Source of the DNA: Bdellovibrionales bacterium
GTDB lineage: Bacteria; Bdellovibrionota; Bdellovibrionia; Bdellovibrionales; DASUEL01
NCBI GenBank assembly: GCA_050250255.1
Contig: JBFWOZ010000010.1
Span: forward strand, 1 to 64,000
DNA: 64,000 nucleotides
Direction: 5' to 3'
The translations under genes and the position numbers were made by a program. Shown here piece by piece: positions 1-7,847 of this stretch. A model generated the notes under the pieces. It had not been told where the DNA came from and searched no databases. It was given only the letters and a program-made list of their open reading frames with translations. How positions within the stretch are numbered: position 1 is the stretch's first letter; each line of letters begins with the position of its first letter.

Positions 1-172
1 AAAGAACAATTTCGCCTTCACCGGCGCGTATTTCGTCGTCAAAAGACAAAAAAGTCGTACCGTTTTCTTTTAATTTTTGATCGACAGGCTTCACGACAAA
101 AATTCGACGACCTACAAAACTTTTGTGTTTTTGAGAGCTCACGACAGGCCCTAAAACTTTTGCGAGGATCAT
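1..172 (-). CDS. BMC pentamer (EutN/CcmL, BMC-P), truncated at window edge
   Basis: Not in the ORF track. Hand translation from ATG 172 gives MILAKVLGPVVSSQKHKSFVGRRIFVVKPVD...DDEIRAGEGEIVL, an EutN/CcmL pattern. ATGA overlap with the stop of 169..456. Confidence 0.85.
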   Translation of the reverse strand, partial: MILAKVLGPVVSSQKHKSFVGRRIFVVKPVDQKLKENGTTFLSFDDEIRAGEGEIVL

Positions 173-456
173 AAAGTTTTATCTCCGACGGTTTTGTCTA
201 AACAGTGATCTACGATTCCTACGATTGCGGCATCGATGGGGACGAACCAGTGATCTAACGCGAGAGAGGCTTCGCGACTTGCAACCCACATGACGATGTC
301 TTGTTCTCTTGCTCCCACGGTGTCGACGGCGACCATAGGGTCACCAAGGCTTGCGAAATTTTCATCCACGGGTTGAAAAAGATAAAAACGAATTCCTGTG
401 AGACCTTCTGATTTTGTCGTTGCGACAACGGGTCCTAATACTTTTCCTAAAAACAT
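169..456 (-). CDS. BMC pentamer (EutN/CcmL, BMC-P)
   Basis: MFLGKVLGPVVAT-K...VAVDTVGA...PIDAAIVGIVD, typical EutN/CcmL motifs. Confidence 0.93.
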   Translation of the reverse strand: MFLGKVLGPVVATTKSEGLTGIRFYLFQPVDENFASLGDPMVAVDTVGAREQDIVMWVASREASLALDHWFVPIDAAIVGIVDHCLDKTVGDKTL

Positions 457-1052
457 TAGGTCTCTCCTTGTGCGAGAGTATCGTAACCACCAGAAATATT
501 AAAATAGCTTAGTAAATCCTGATGCGGGTTTGTGATGAGTTCGGCGTGCACGAGAGTTCCGCGGCGAGCGAGAGTGGTCTCCGCAGCGGCAATGCCGGCT
601 TCCACTTCTTCGAGTTTGCCGGTGAAGAAGTACACGCTCTTGCCGCCAATTCCACGACTGGATCTGATTTCAATCAGTGAAACGTCTGCGTTTTTTGCCG
701 TGAGATCAGCACCTAAAATACTGGAACTCATAGTGAGAGTTTCGATCACCCCTAAAGAATAGACCGCATCGTTCTTAAGCATTCCGTAAAGACCTGGCAG
801 AACATCACTATGAATATTTGGGATCATGACCGAATCCAGAATTTTTGATCGGGCGAGTTCGGAAGCATGTTGAAAAGAGGCGTCGACGCTCGCTTCATCA
901 CCATTAAAGAGAATAAAAAATTTCCCGGGCGTCATGTAAGTGGCTTCAAGAATTTTAACGGGGGCTTTTTTAACGATCTGATCCACAATCGTGTAGCCGT
1001 GCGCGATGGAAGAGAGCTCCAAAATACCAATCGCTGGGCCAAACACGTTCAT
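456..1052 (-). CDS. Tandem-domain BMC shell protein (BMC-T, PduT/HO-T1-like)
   Basis: Two BMC domains: AIGILELSSIAHG...PGKF and SLGVIET...GIGGK. Confidence 0.9.
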   Translation of the reverse strand: MNVFGPAIGILELSSIAHGYTIVDQIVKKAPVKILEATYMTPGKFFILFNGDEASVDASFQHASELARSKILDSVMIPNIHSDVLPGLYGMLKNDAVYSLGVIETLTMSSSILGADLTAKNADVSLIEIRSSRGIGGKSVYFFTGKLEEVEAGIAAAETTLARRGTLVHAELITNPHQDLLSYFNISGGYDTLAQGET

Positions 1053-2482
1053 ACAATCCTAAAATGATCTTTAAGAGTACATCGACGAACGCGGCTGAAA
1101 TCTCGTGCAGTCGTAAGTCCTTCACCCGTTGGACTTGCAATAGTGAAAGAGGTGTAACCTTCGCCACCTAAACCAAGGCCAGCGTAGCTGGGAGCGTTCT
1201 TCACAAAGATAGAGGTATTTACGGCACGAGCCATTTTGTGAAGGTGATCGATGTGTCGTGAGTGCATGACCGCTGTATGACCAAAACCGTGTTCTGCTTT
1301 TACGGCCATCTCGATGGCAGCATGAACGTTTGGTGCGCTGGTAATAGGAAGTACGGGCATGAGAAGTTCGTTTTGTACAAATGGATGTTCAAAAGGGACT
1401 TCAGTAATCAGCAGCCTTAAGTGGTCATCGGCGGGAACCCCGAGTTCGCGAAGAATCGCTCCGGCATTTCTTCCGACCCATTTTTTATTAGTGTGATAAC
1501 CATCTTCGAGAAGAATGATTTTTTCTAAGCGTTTTGTTTGATCTGGAGATAGTTTGTAGGCGCCTTGAGCTTGCATGTTTTTGACAAATTCATTTCGAAC
1601 GGCTTCTACGACGAACACTTCTTTTTCTACGATACAGACAATGTTGTTATCGAGGCTGGCGCCTAATAAAGTGTCACGAGCGGCTTGAACAAGATCGGCG
1701 GTTTCGTCGACAACCACAGGAGGATTTCCGGGACCGGCCGCGATACATTTTTTGCCGGAGTTCATAGCCTCTTTTACGACGTGAGGTCCACCGGTCACAA
1801 CGAGAAGACGAAGGCCCGGAGCGCGCATGAGTTCTTTGGCCGAATCAATCGTAGGCTCTTTCATGATGGAAAGAAGATTTTCTGGCCCGCCGTTTTCGGC
1901 AATCACCGTGTTGATGAGTTCCACCGTTTTGATGCTGCAATTTTTGGCAGAAGGATGAGGATTAAATACAACCCCGTTTCCAGCCGCAATCATTCCGATT
2001 GCGTTGTTAATAATGGTTTCTGTAGGATTTGTTGTAGGGGTGATGCTTCCGATCACACCGTAAGGTGCATATTCGGTCAACGCGAGTCCATCGTCACCGG
2101 TGACCACGTGAGATTCTAAGATTTCAATGCCTGGAGTTTTGTCGATCACAAGAAGATTTTTTTTGATCTTATCTTCCCATCGACCAAGACCGGTTTCGCT
2201 CACGGCTTCTTTGGACATCCACTCGTTGGCGTCACGAAGGGCGGAACGAATTTTTGAGATGATTTTGCGTCGGCTTTCAAGACGCATTCCGATCCAAGCA
2301 CGTTGAGATTCTTGGGCGGCCTTTACGGCACCTTCGATGGAGCTGTAGACTCCGCGAGTACCGTTACGGTTCCAACCTTTAAAACCGCTCCATTTGTGAG
2401 AGGACGAAGAGGGGCCCTTGAGTTCTTGTTTTAGCAAGTCTCTCACGGTTGCTTTGATTGTTTCTTCGTTCACTGAACTCAC
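1049..2482 (-). CDS. CoA-acylating aldehyde dehydrogenase (EutE/PduP family) with N-terminal encapsulation peptide
   Basis: APYGVIGSITPTTNP, VTGG, AGPGNPPVVVDETAD, catalytic DNNIVC, ELLMP and TIASPTGEG motifs; lies inside the BMC operon. Confidence 0.93.
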   Translation of the reverse strand: MSSVNEETIKATVRDLLKQELKGPSSSSHKWSGFKGWNRNGTRGVYSSIEGAVKAAQESQRAWIGMRLESRRKIISKIRSALRDANEWMSKEAVSETGLGRWEDKIKKNLLVIDKTPGIEILESHVVTGDDGLALTEYAPYGVIGSITPTTNPTETIINNAIGMIAAGNGVVFNPHPSAKNCSIKTVELINTVIAENGGPENLLSIMKEPTIDSAKELMRAPGLRLLVVTGGPHVVKEAMNSGKKCIAAGPGNPPVVVDETADLVQAARDTLLGASLDNNIVCIVEKEVFVVEAVRNEFVKNMQAQGAYKLSPDQTKRLEKIILLEDGYHTNKKWVGRNAGAILRELGVPADDHLRLLITEVPFEHPFVQNELLMPVLPITSAPNVHAAIEMAVKAEHGFGHTAVMHSRHIDHLHKMARAVNTSIFVKNAPSYAGLGLGGEGYTSFTIASPTGEGLTTARDFSRVRRCTLKDHFRIV

Positions 2483-2497
2483 TTAATTCTCCAACAT

Positions 2498-2537
2498 GTA
2501 TTCGTGAATTCAAGAATCCGCGAATTCATGAATTCTT
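2498..2537. repeat. Degenerate 8-bp tandem array (GAATTCNN x5)
   Basis: gtattcgt gaattcaa gaatccgc gaattcat gaattctt in the BMC-P/AldDH spacer. Confidence 0.7.
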
Positions 2538-2553
2538 GTAATGAATAATTTAA

Positions 2554-2856
2554 TTAGTGCGAGTCTTTAGATTTGTCGTAAGCGCGTTGTCCGTTCATAT
2601 CAACACTGTCAACAATAGCCATGATGACGGCGTCAATTGGACGTTCTTTAGTGGCCTCGGTTTGTCTTGCGGAAGATCCTGATGCGTAGAGTACCACTTC
2701 GCCGATACCTGCTCCCACAGCATCAGCCGCAACGAGAGAAGAACCTTTCGGTTCACCTTTCGCATCCACCGATTGCACGAGAAGAAGTTTTAATCCCTTG
2801 ATGTTGGGTTCCTTCTGAGAAGAAACCACTTCACCAACGACTCGGCCTAAAGTCAT
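2554..2856 (-). CDS. BMC pentamer (EutN/CcmL, BMC-P)
   Basis: [15 protein letters not shown]...[20 protein letters not shown]...[11 protein letters not shown]. Confidence 0.95.
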   Translation of the reverse strand: MTLGRVVGEVVSSQKEPNIKGLKLLLVQSVDAKGEPKGSSLVAADAVGAGIGEVVLYASGSSARQTEATKERPIDAVIMAIVDSVDMNGQRAYDKSKDSH

Positions 2857-3152
2857 ACAGATTTCGCTTTTTTGTTACGTCCGAGAGGAAGTACTTCGTC
2901 GATGTTGTTGTGTGGTCTTGGGATCACATGAACGCTGACAAGTTCACCCACTTTTTCTGCGGCTCTTGCACCAGCTTCTGTCGCTGCTTTTACGGCAGCC
3001 ACATCACCCCGAACGATCGCGGTTACATATCCACCACCAATTTTTTCGTAACCCACGATTTCTACGCGAGCGGCTTTTACCATCGCATCGCTGGCTTCTA
3101 CCATTCCGATGAATCCTTTGGTCTCAATCATTCCAAGTGCGTCTGTTGTCAT
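2853..3152 (-). CDS. BMC hexamer shell protein (BMC-H, EutM/PduA-like)
   Basis: [10 protein letters not shown]...DAMVKAA..V...GDVAAVKAA...HVIPRPH; strong RBS upstream. Confidence 0.97.
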   Translation of the reverse strand: MTTDALGMIETKGFIGMVEASDAMVKAARVEIVGYEKIGGGYVTAIVRGDVAAVKAATEAGARAAEKVGELVSVHVIPRPHNNIDEVLPLGRNKKAKSV

Positions 3153-3163
3153 AAATCCTCCTA

Positions 3164-3796
3164 CTAATCTTTTCCTGTAATGCTTTGTAATGCTTTGATG
3201 GCAGCTTCACGAGCAGAATCGATATCGCTCTCACTGCCTGACATCCAGAGACGTCCAAAGGCACCAAAGGGTCTAATTTCTACTAATTTTACGTTGGCCG
3301 CTTTTTCTGCTTCATTAGCCGCGAAGGTCACATAACCTGCGGGCTCTGTTTCCAAAATGAAAAGTGATTCACCAGGCAGAAGCATGGAACCCCAGCGGTG
3401 AGTGTTCACGAGAATCGCGTGATCGGGCTCGACATGACGAATGATTTGTTCGCTCACGATTTTCGCTTTTTGACGGCTACCTTCTTCAACGCCCAAATTT
3501 TTGAGAATTTCTTTACCGGCTTGCCGAACTTCGCCTTGATCTGCATGGTGAACTTCTAAAAGACCAAAAGCACGTTCCACGATCTGCATGGCAGGGCGAA
3601 CTTTTGTGGATTTTAAAACCATGTCTGTGAGGGTGTTGATCGCGATCCCGGGAGCAATTTCTACAAAGAGAGAAGCATCACCAGGAACAGGTAAAAACCC
3701 ACGAGCTGTTGTTCCGATGTAAGTGGCCAATTGTGGCTGCAAACTATCAAGGAAAACAAATGTTTTAAGCTGAACGGAACCTGACTGTTTTGACAT
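3164..3796 (-). CDS. Permuted tandem BMC shell protein (BMC-Tdp, CcmP/CsoS1D/HO-T2-like)
   Basis: [10 protein letters not shown]...EIAPG...[11 protein letters not shown]...AANEAEKAA...GAFGRL. Start moved to ATG 3796 (MSKQ) because the ORF-track extension looks non-coding. Confidence 0.93.
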   Translation of the reverse strand: MSKQSGSVQLKTFVFLDSLQPQLATYIGTTARGFLPVPGDASLFVEIAPGIAINTLTDMVLKSTKVRPAMQIVERAFGLLEVHHADQGEVRQAGKEILKNLGVEEGSRQKAKIVSEQIIRHVEPDHAILVNTHRWGSMLLPGESLFILETEPAGYVTFAANEAEKAANVKLVEIRPFGAFGRLWMSGSESDIDSAREAAIKALQSITGKD

Positions 3797-3852
3797 AGAA
3801 TTGGGACTTAACCTTAAGGCTTTAGGCAAGTCAAACGGACCGCTAGAAAGGA

Positions 3853-3908
3853 GTCTGATTACAAGACGCGTTAGGGTGTCATTTTGAGACACATTCTGAG
3901 AACGAGAC
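3853..3908. promoter_or_regulatory. Three degenerate GTCTCA-N3-TGAGAC palindromes (candidate operator cluster)
   Basis: GTCTGA-TTA-CAAGAC (3853), GTGTCA-TTT-TGAGAC (3876) and TTCTGA-GAA-CGAGAC (3894) in a divergent intergenic region. Confidence 0.5.
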
Positions 3909-4025
3909 GGAGTTGAGTTTTTTAACACTTTCTAAGCTTTAGTCAGGGAAAAACCGCCCCGATACGTTTTAAGAGCCAGTGGGCATTGTTCCCACTTTGC
4001 AATGTATAAGGTTGGGGGTACGAAT

Positions 4026-4499
4026 ATGAAACAATCATTTCTTTTCGTCGTTACTTTTTTAGTGAGCACTAACGCTATGGCTTGGAATAATCCAGCGGCG
4101 AGCAACGCTGCGGGCGCAGCAAGCAGAGCTCCACGAGTTGAATGCGTAGCTGGTAATTGCGAATTGAGAGAACATGGAAACTCCCGCCGCGTGACGGGTA
4201 AAGATCTTACTGATGCCCAAGCCTACGTCGATTTATTTTGGTCCAAATATCCTACCGGATACATTAACCCTGAAGATAAAACGGCTACCGAAGCGGCTGC
4301 TGATGGTAAACCTCAAATCGTCGTGATCAATGGCAAAACTTATCTCCTTGAAAACGGGAACACTCGTCTTTTACAGCCGAGTGAAGTAGCGGCCGCAACC
4401 AACTACGTGAACAGCCTGGGTGGAAGAACTCCTTCTAACACTGGCAGTGGGGGTAATGGTAACGACAGTGGAAATTTGGACGCCCCTACCGCACAATAA
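4026..4499 (+). CDS. Secreted hypothetical protein with two internal repeats
   Basis: Signal peptide MKQSFLFVVTFLVSTNAMA; repeat LxExGNxR...A..YV occurs twice; G/N/S-rich tail. Confidence 0.75.
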   Translation: MKQSFLFVVTFLVSTNAMAWNNPAASNAAGAASRAPRVECVAGNCELREHGNSRRVTGKDLTDAQAYVDLFWSKYPTGYINPEDKTATEAAADGKPQIVVINGKTYLLENGNTRLLQPSEVAAATNYVNSLGGRTPSNTGSGGNGNDSGNLDAPTAQ

Positions 4500-4559
4500 C
4501 GTCTCACTTTGAGTCGGGTTTTGAGTCCAGTTTTTTTATCCCGACTTTCGTATTCCTCT

Positions 4560-4586
4560 TATGAGTTTAGTCGATAGCGCCGATGA
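4560..4586 (+). promoter_or_regulatory. Candidate sigma28 (FliA) promoter of flp
   Basis: TATGAGTT-N11-GCCGATGA versus the consensus TAAAGTTT-N11-GCCGATAA. Confidence 0.45.
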
Positions 4587-4622
4587 GATTACTGAAAGAT
4601 CAATGATGAAGGAGGTCTTCTT

Positions 4623-4811
4623 ATGATGAACGCAATGAAAAGATTTTGGAAAGACGAATCAGCGCAAGGGGCAACAGAATATATTTTGTTACTCGTTGCA
4701 GTTGTTGCAATTGCGGTTTTGTTTCGTGGCCAAATCACAAAACAAATCCAAGCTCTTTTACAAAACTTGAGCGGTAGCTTTGACGCTTTCAGTTCTTCAG
4801 GTCCGAACTAA
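4623..4811 (+). CDS. flp: Flp family type IVb pilin
   Basis: KRFWKDESAQG|ATEY Flp motif followed by a hydrophobic helix; AAGGAGG RBS. Confidence 0.93.
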   Translation: MMNAMKRFWKDESAQGATEYILLLVAVVAIAVLFRGQITKQIQALLQNLSGSFDAFSSSGPN

Positions 4812-4835
4812 CTAGAGCTGATTGTCGTAAAGACT

Positions 4836-4859
4836 GTCTGAGCTCACGAGAGCTCAGAC
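4836..4859 (+). other. Perfect 10-bp hairpin after flp (attenuator or mRNA stabiliser)
   Basis: GTCTGAGCTC-ACGA-GAGCTCAGAC with no U-tract. Confidence 0.55.
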
Positions 4860-4890
4860 TCGCTATCATCAGGAAGGATGGGTTTTTTAA

Positions 4891-5088
4891 GTGGTTACTG
4901 AAGTCATTATCATTCTGACTTTATTCTTTGTCATCGCGGCGACGATGGTTGGCCAGCTAAAGACCACTTTCAAAGGCTCGGCTCCAAAACTTGGAGCGAA
5001 AATAGAAAAACATATCGAAACCGGTTCGGGCTTTACAGAGGCCACCTCCGACATCACTTGGCGCAATCCTCCAGGGCCTCCACCATGA
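4891..5088 (+). CDS. Small pilin-like protein
   Basis: TE followed by a hydrophobic helix at the N-terminus; sits between flp and the prepilin peptidase with an ATGA overlap. Confidence 0.6.
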   Translation: MVTEVIIILTLFFVIAATMVGQLKTTFKGSAPKLGAKIEKHIETGSGFTEATSDITWRNPPGPPP

Positions 5089-5606
5089 GTTCTGCTTTAT
5101 TGATTCTTGTGCAATGGATTTTTCCTTTTATGCTCCTCTCGCTCGCGGTGATCGAAGATCTCAAGCAGCGTAAGGTACGTAACAACTTTATTATTGTTTC
5201 TTTCGTCATGGCTCTCGTTTTGCTTCTTCTTCAAGAAGGGATTCAGGGTTTACCCGTGGGAATGCTAAGTTTGGTGGCCGCATTTGGGGTCGGATTTCCA
5301 CTTTTTCTTTTACGTGTTGTAGGAGCTGGCGACGTGAAACTTCTTATGGTCCTCGCTCTTAATCTTGACTGGAATGCGGTGCTAACCGTGGCTTGTGCGT
5401 CCCTTGTGTGGGGAGCGCTCCTCGGAATTATCCAAATTCTTTTAAAAAAACAAGGTCATGTTCTCGCGCAGAATCTTGTGTCTATCATGAAAACACGTAC
5501 GGCTCTTCAGTCTCAAGAACTTCATCACATTCCCTTTACAGTCGCTTTATTATTGGGTTGGCTGACTCACATCACGATGACTCAGAACGGGGGGGTGTGG
5601 TTATGA
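5085..5606 (+). CDS. cpaA: Prepilin peptidase A24 (CpaA/TadV)
   Basis: EDLKQRKVRN, GAGDVKLL and IPF motifs; multiple TM segments. Confidence 0.9.
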   Translation: MSSALLILVQWIFPFMLLSLAVIEDLKQRKVRNNFIIVSFVMALVLLLLQEGIQGLPVGMLSLVAAFGVGFPLFLLRVVGAGDVKLLMVLALNLDWNAVLTVACASLVWGALLGIIQILLKKQGHVLAQNLVSIMKTRTALQSQELHHIPFTVALLLGWLTHITMTQNGGVWL

Positions 5607-5854
5607 AACGCAAATCCTCCTCGGGACAAGTTTTGATTGAAGCGATTTTAATGATGGTGCTTTTTTTAGCAGCAGGTGCCTTTATCGCAAAGAAAATTCG
5701 CGAAGGAGAAATGCTTTCGCAATTAGCGGTCGGTCCGTGGTCTCAACTCGTCGGTATGATCGAGAATGGCACATGGGGCGGTCAGAAAAAAACAAAAGAG
5801 CAACATCCCAATTATTTACGAAGACATATTTCTCTCAAGGGGCAATTGCCATGA
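5603..5854 (+). CDS. TadE-like minor pilin
   Basis: MKRKSSSG|QVLIE followed by a hydrophobic helix. Confidence 0.8.
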   Translation: MKRKSSSGQVLIEAILMMVLFLAAGAFIAKKIREGEMLSQLAVGPWSQLVGMIENGTWGGQKKTKEQHPNYLRRHISLKGQLP

Positions 5855-6435
5855 TGAACCAACGAGGATCCCTCACGGTGGATTTTATTTTTGGTTTGGT
5901 GCTGGCGAGTGGGGTGTCGGCCATTTTAGTCGCGCTTTGTTTTACACTTTCCATTGTGGAAGTGGCTCAGTACGTGGCTTTTTCGACGTCACGGGTTTAC
6001 TTTGCCGCTCACCAAACAGAGGCGCAGCAGATTCAACGGGCTGAAGATAAATTTAAAGAACTCCTCGCATATCGCTCGATGAAACAGTTATTAACGGGTC
6101 CCTGGTTTTCGGTGACTTACGTGACCACGGGAGATTTGCGTTCGGAATATCCACCGGTGGATTTGAATGACAGCGATACGTTTTATGGAACGAGACTTGC
6201 GATCGAATCCAAAGTTCTCAATATGAAAATTCCTTTTTTTGGAAGCGTAGGCAGCGACAATGGATTCAAATCCAATATTAATAGTTTTTTGGGTCGTGAG
6301 CCAAACTTTGATGAATGCCAAAGATTTGAAGAAGACCGATGGAATAAATTTCGTGCTCTTAACCCAACCTTTCAACCGAGTGCGAGTGTACAAGTCAGCG
6401 ATCCTTATGTGACCATTATGGACAACGGGTGTTGA
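5851..6435 (+). CDS. TadE/TadG-like pseudopilin
   Basis: MMNQRG|SLTVDF followed by a TM helix; translationally coupled to its neighbour. Confidence 0.75.
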   Translation: MMNQRGSLTVDFIFGLVLASGVSAILVALCFTLSIVEVAQYVAFSTSRVYFAAHQTEAQQIQRAEDKFKELLAYRSMKQLLTGPWFSVTYVTTGDLRSEYPPVDLNDSDTFYGTRLAIESKVLNMKIPFFGSVGSDNGFKSNINSFLGREPNFDECQRFEEDRWNKFRALNPTFQPSASVQVSDPYVTIMDNGC

Positions 6436-6437
6436 GT

Positions 6438-6920
6438 ATGAAAATAAAACGCCGTTTTCAAAGAAAGAATCAAAAAGGGATGGCCACCTTAGAAGCGGTC
6501 GCTTTGATGGTGGTTTTTACGGTGATGCTGGCTTACGGACTAGGCATGTTTGGAATCATTCATTCAGGAATTTTAAATTCCATTGCGGCCAGGACTTACG
6601 CCTGGGAAGTTTGGTCTCATAGAACAAATCTTCTGTTTTTCCGCGACAATCGTCAGGGAAACCCTCTCAATGGCGAACATTTTTTGAATTTTGGATTTCG
6701 GGCCCACGGGATTTCTTCCGAAAAGTCAAAAGACGACTTTTGGTACGCGACCGAGCGACCTTTGAGCATTGGCCAGCCGAATGATGAAAAAGGCAGAAGT
6801 GCCAGCGTTCACAGAGGCCTTTCGAGTTTGACCAAAAGGGAACGTGTAGAAGTCAGCCCGGTGTGGATTAAGACCATTTACGGTATTTGTCTCAACAGTC
6901 AATGCGGGGTTGTTCAGTAA
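6438..6920 (+). CDS. TadE-like pseudopilin
   Basis: RKNQKG|MATLE followed by a TM helix; C-terminal Cys pair. Confidence 0.78.
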   Translation: MKIKRRFQRKNQKGMATLEAVALMVVFTVMLAYGLGMFGIIHSGILNSIAARTYAWEVWSHRTNLLFFRDNRQGNPLNGEHFLNFGFRAHGISSEKSKDDFWYATERPLSIGQPNDEKGRSASVHRGLSSLTKRERVEVSPVWIKTIYGICLNSQCGVVQ

Positions 6921-6965
6921 GGATTGTCCAATAAGGACCTTCCAGTAGAAAGACGGAGTAGAAGT

Positions 6966-7847
6966 ATGAACCCAAATCCGACACGTAATTTATGGATCTC
7001 CTTAGGAGCCGCCGTATTTTCTATGGCCCTGATCTATAGTTATTCGCAAGAGAAAAAAGCCGAGTACGACAAACGTTATGGAACTTCAAAGCGTGTCGTT
7101 GTGGCGGCAAAAGACATTCTCGAGATGGGCACGATTGACGACACCATGCTTCAGATTGAAGAGCGTCCGGTAGATTTTATTCAACCAGGTGCGATTGAAA
7201 ATCCAGAAGAGGCGGTCGCGATGGTTGCGGCAACTCCTATCAAAAAAGGGGAACAGGTTCTTGCGACAAAACTTTTAAAACCAGGACCGAACACCGGTCT
7301 TTCTCTTCAGGTGGCTCCTAACAAACGTGCGGTGACGATACCGGTGGATGATATCCGAGGAGTTTCAAAACTTCTTCGTCCAGGCGATCGCGTGGATGTG
7401 ATCACATCCGTCGATTCAGGTCGTGGCCAAGCACAAAAACGAGAAGTGAAAACGCTTTTACAAGACGTTATTATTCTCGCAACGGGTGTGAATATCACAA
7501 ACAACATTCCTCGAAAGCTCGAGTCCGACTCGGCCGGAAAACAAAGCTATCGTAACCTGATTGGCGACACGACTTTCTCAGGCGTGACTTTAGAGGTCAC
7601 TCCACGAGAAGCACAAAATTTAATTTATATTATGTCGGCTTCTCCAGGAAGCATTTATCTTACTCTTCGTAACCCGAATGATCGTGCCGTCACCACTATG
7701 GCAACCGCCACTGTAGATACGGTGTTGGGGCGAACCGAAATGAGTTTTGATGCGATGAGAGTGCCAGCTGCAGCTCCAGTGATTCCTCGGCGTCCGCTCG
7801 TGTTACCGTCGCAGAAGAAAAAAGGTCCTTTCGTGGAGATTAAATAA
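6966..7847 (+). CDS. cpaB: Flp pilus assembly protein CpaB/RcpC
   Basis: SAF domain VVVAAKDI, RAVTIPVD..GVS.LLRPGDRVDV, LLQDV.ILA, VTLEVTP, LTLRNP. Confidence 0.92.
   Translation: MNPNPTRNLWISLGAAVFSMALIYSYSQEKKAEYDKRYGTSKRVVVAAKDILEMGTIDDTMLQIEERPVDFIQPGAIENPEEAVAMVAATPIKKGEQVLATKLLKPGPNTGLSLQVAPNKRAVTIPVDDIRGVSKLLRPGDRVDVITSVDSGRGQAQKREVKTLLQDVIILATGVNITNNIPRKLESDSAGKQSYRNLIGDTTFSGVTLEVTPREAQNLIYIMSASPGSIYLTLRNPNDRAVTTMATATVDTVLGRTEMSFDAMRVPAAAPVIPRRPLVLPSQKKKGPFVEIK

Noticed and set aside
3797..3928. 44-aa N-terminal extension of BMC-Tdp in the ORF track
   Set aside because: It overlaps the divergent promoter and palindrome region; family similarity starts only after ATG 3796.
4878..4890. 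Slippery T TTT TTA heptamer after ATG 4878 as a programmed frameshift into the pilin-like ORF
   Set aside because: A -1 shift enters a short dead frame, and changing the T-run length still meets the TAA just before GTG 4891.
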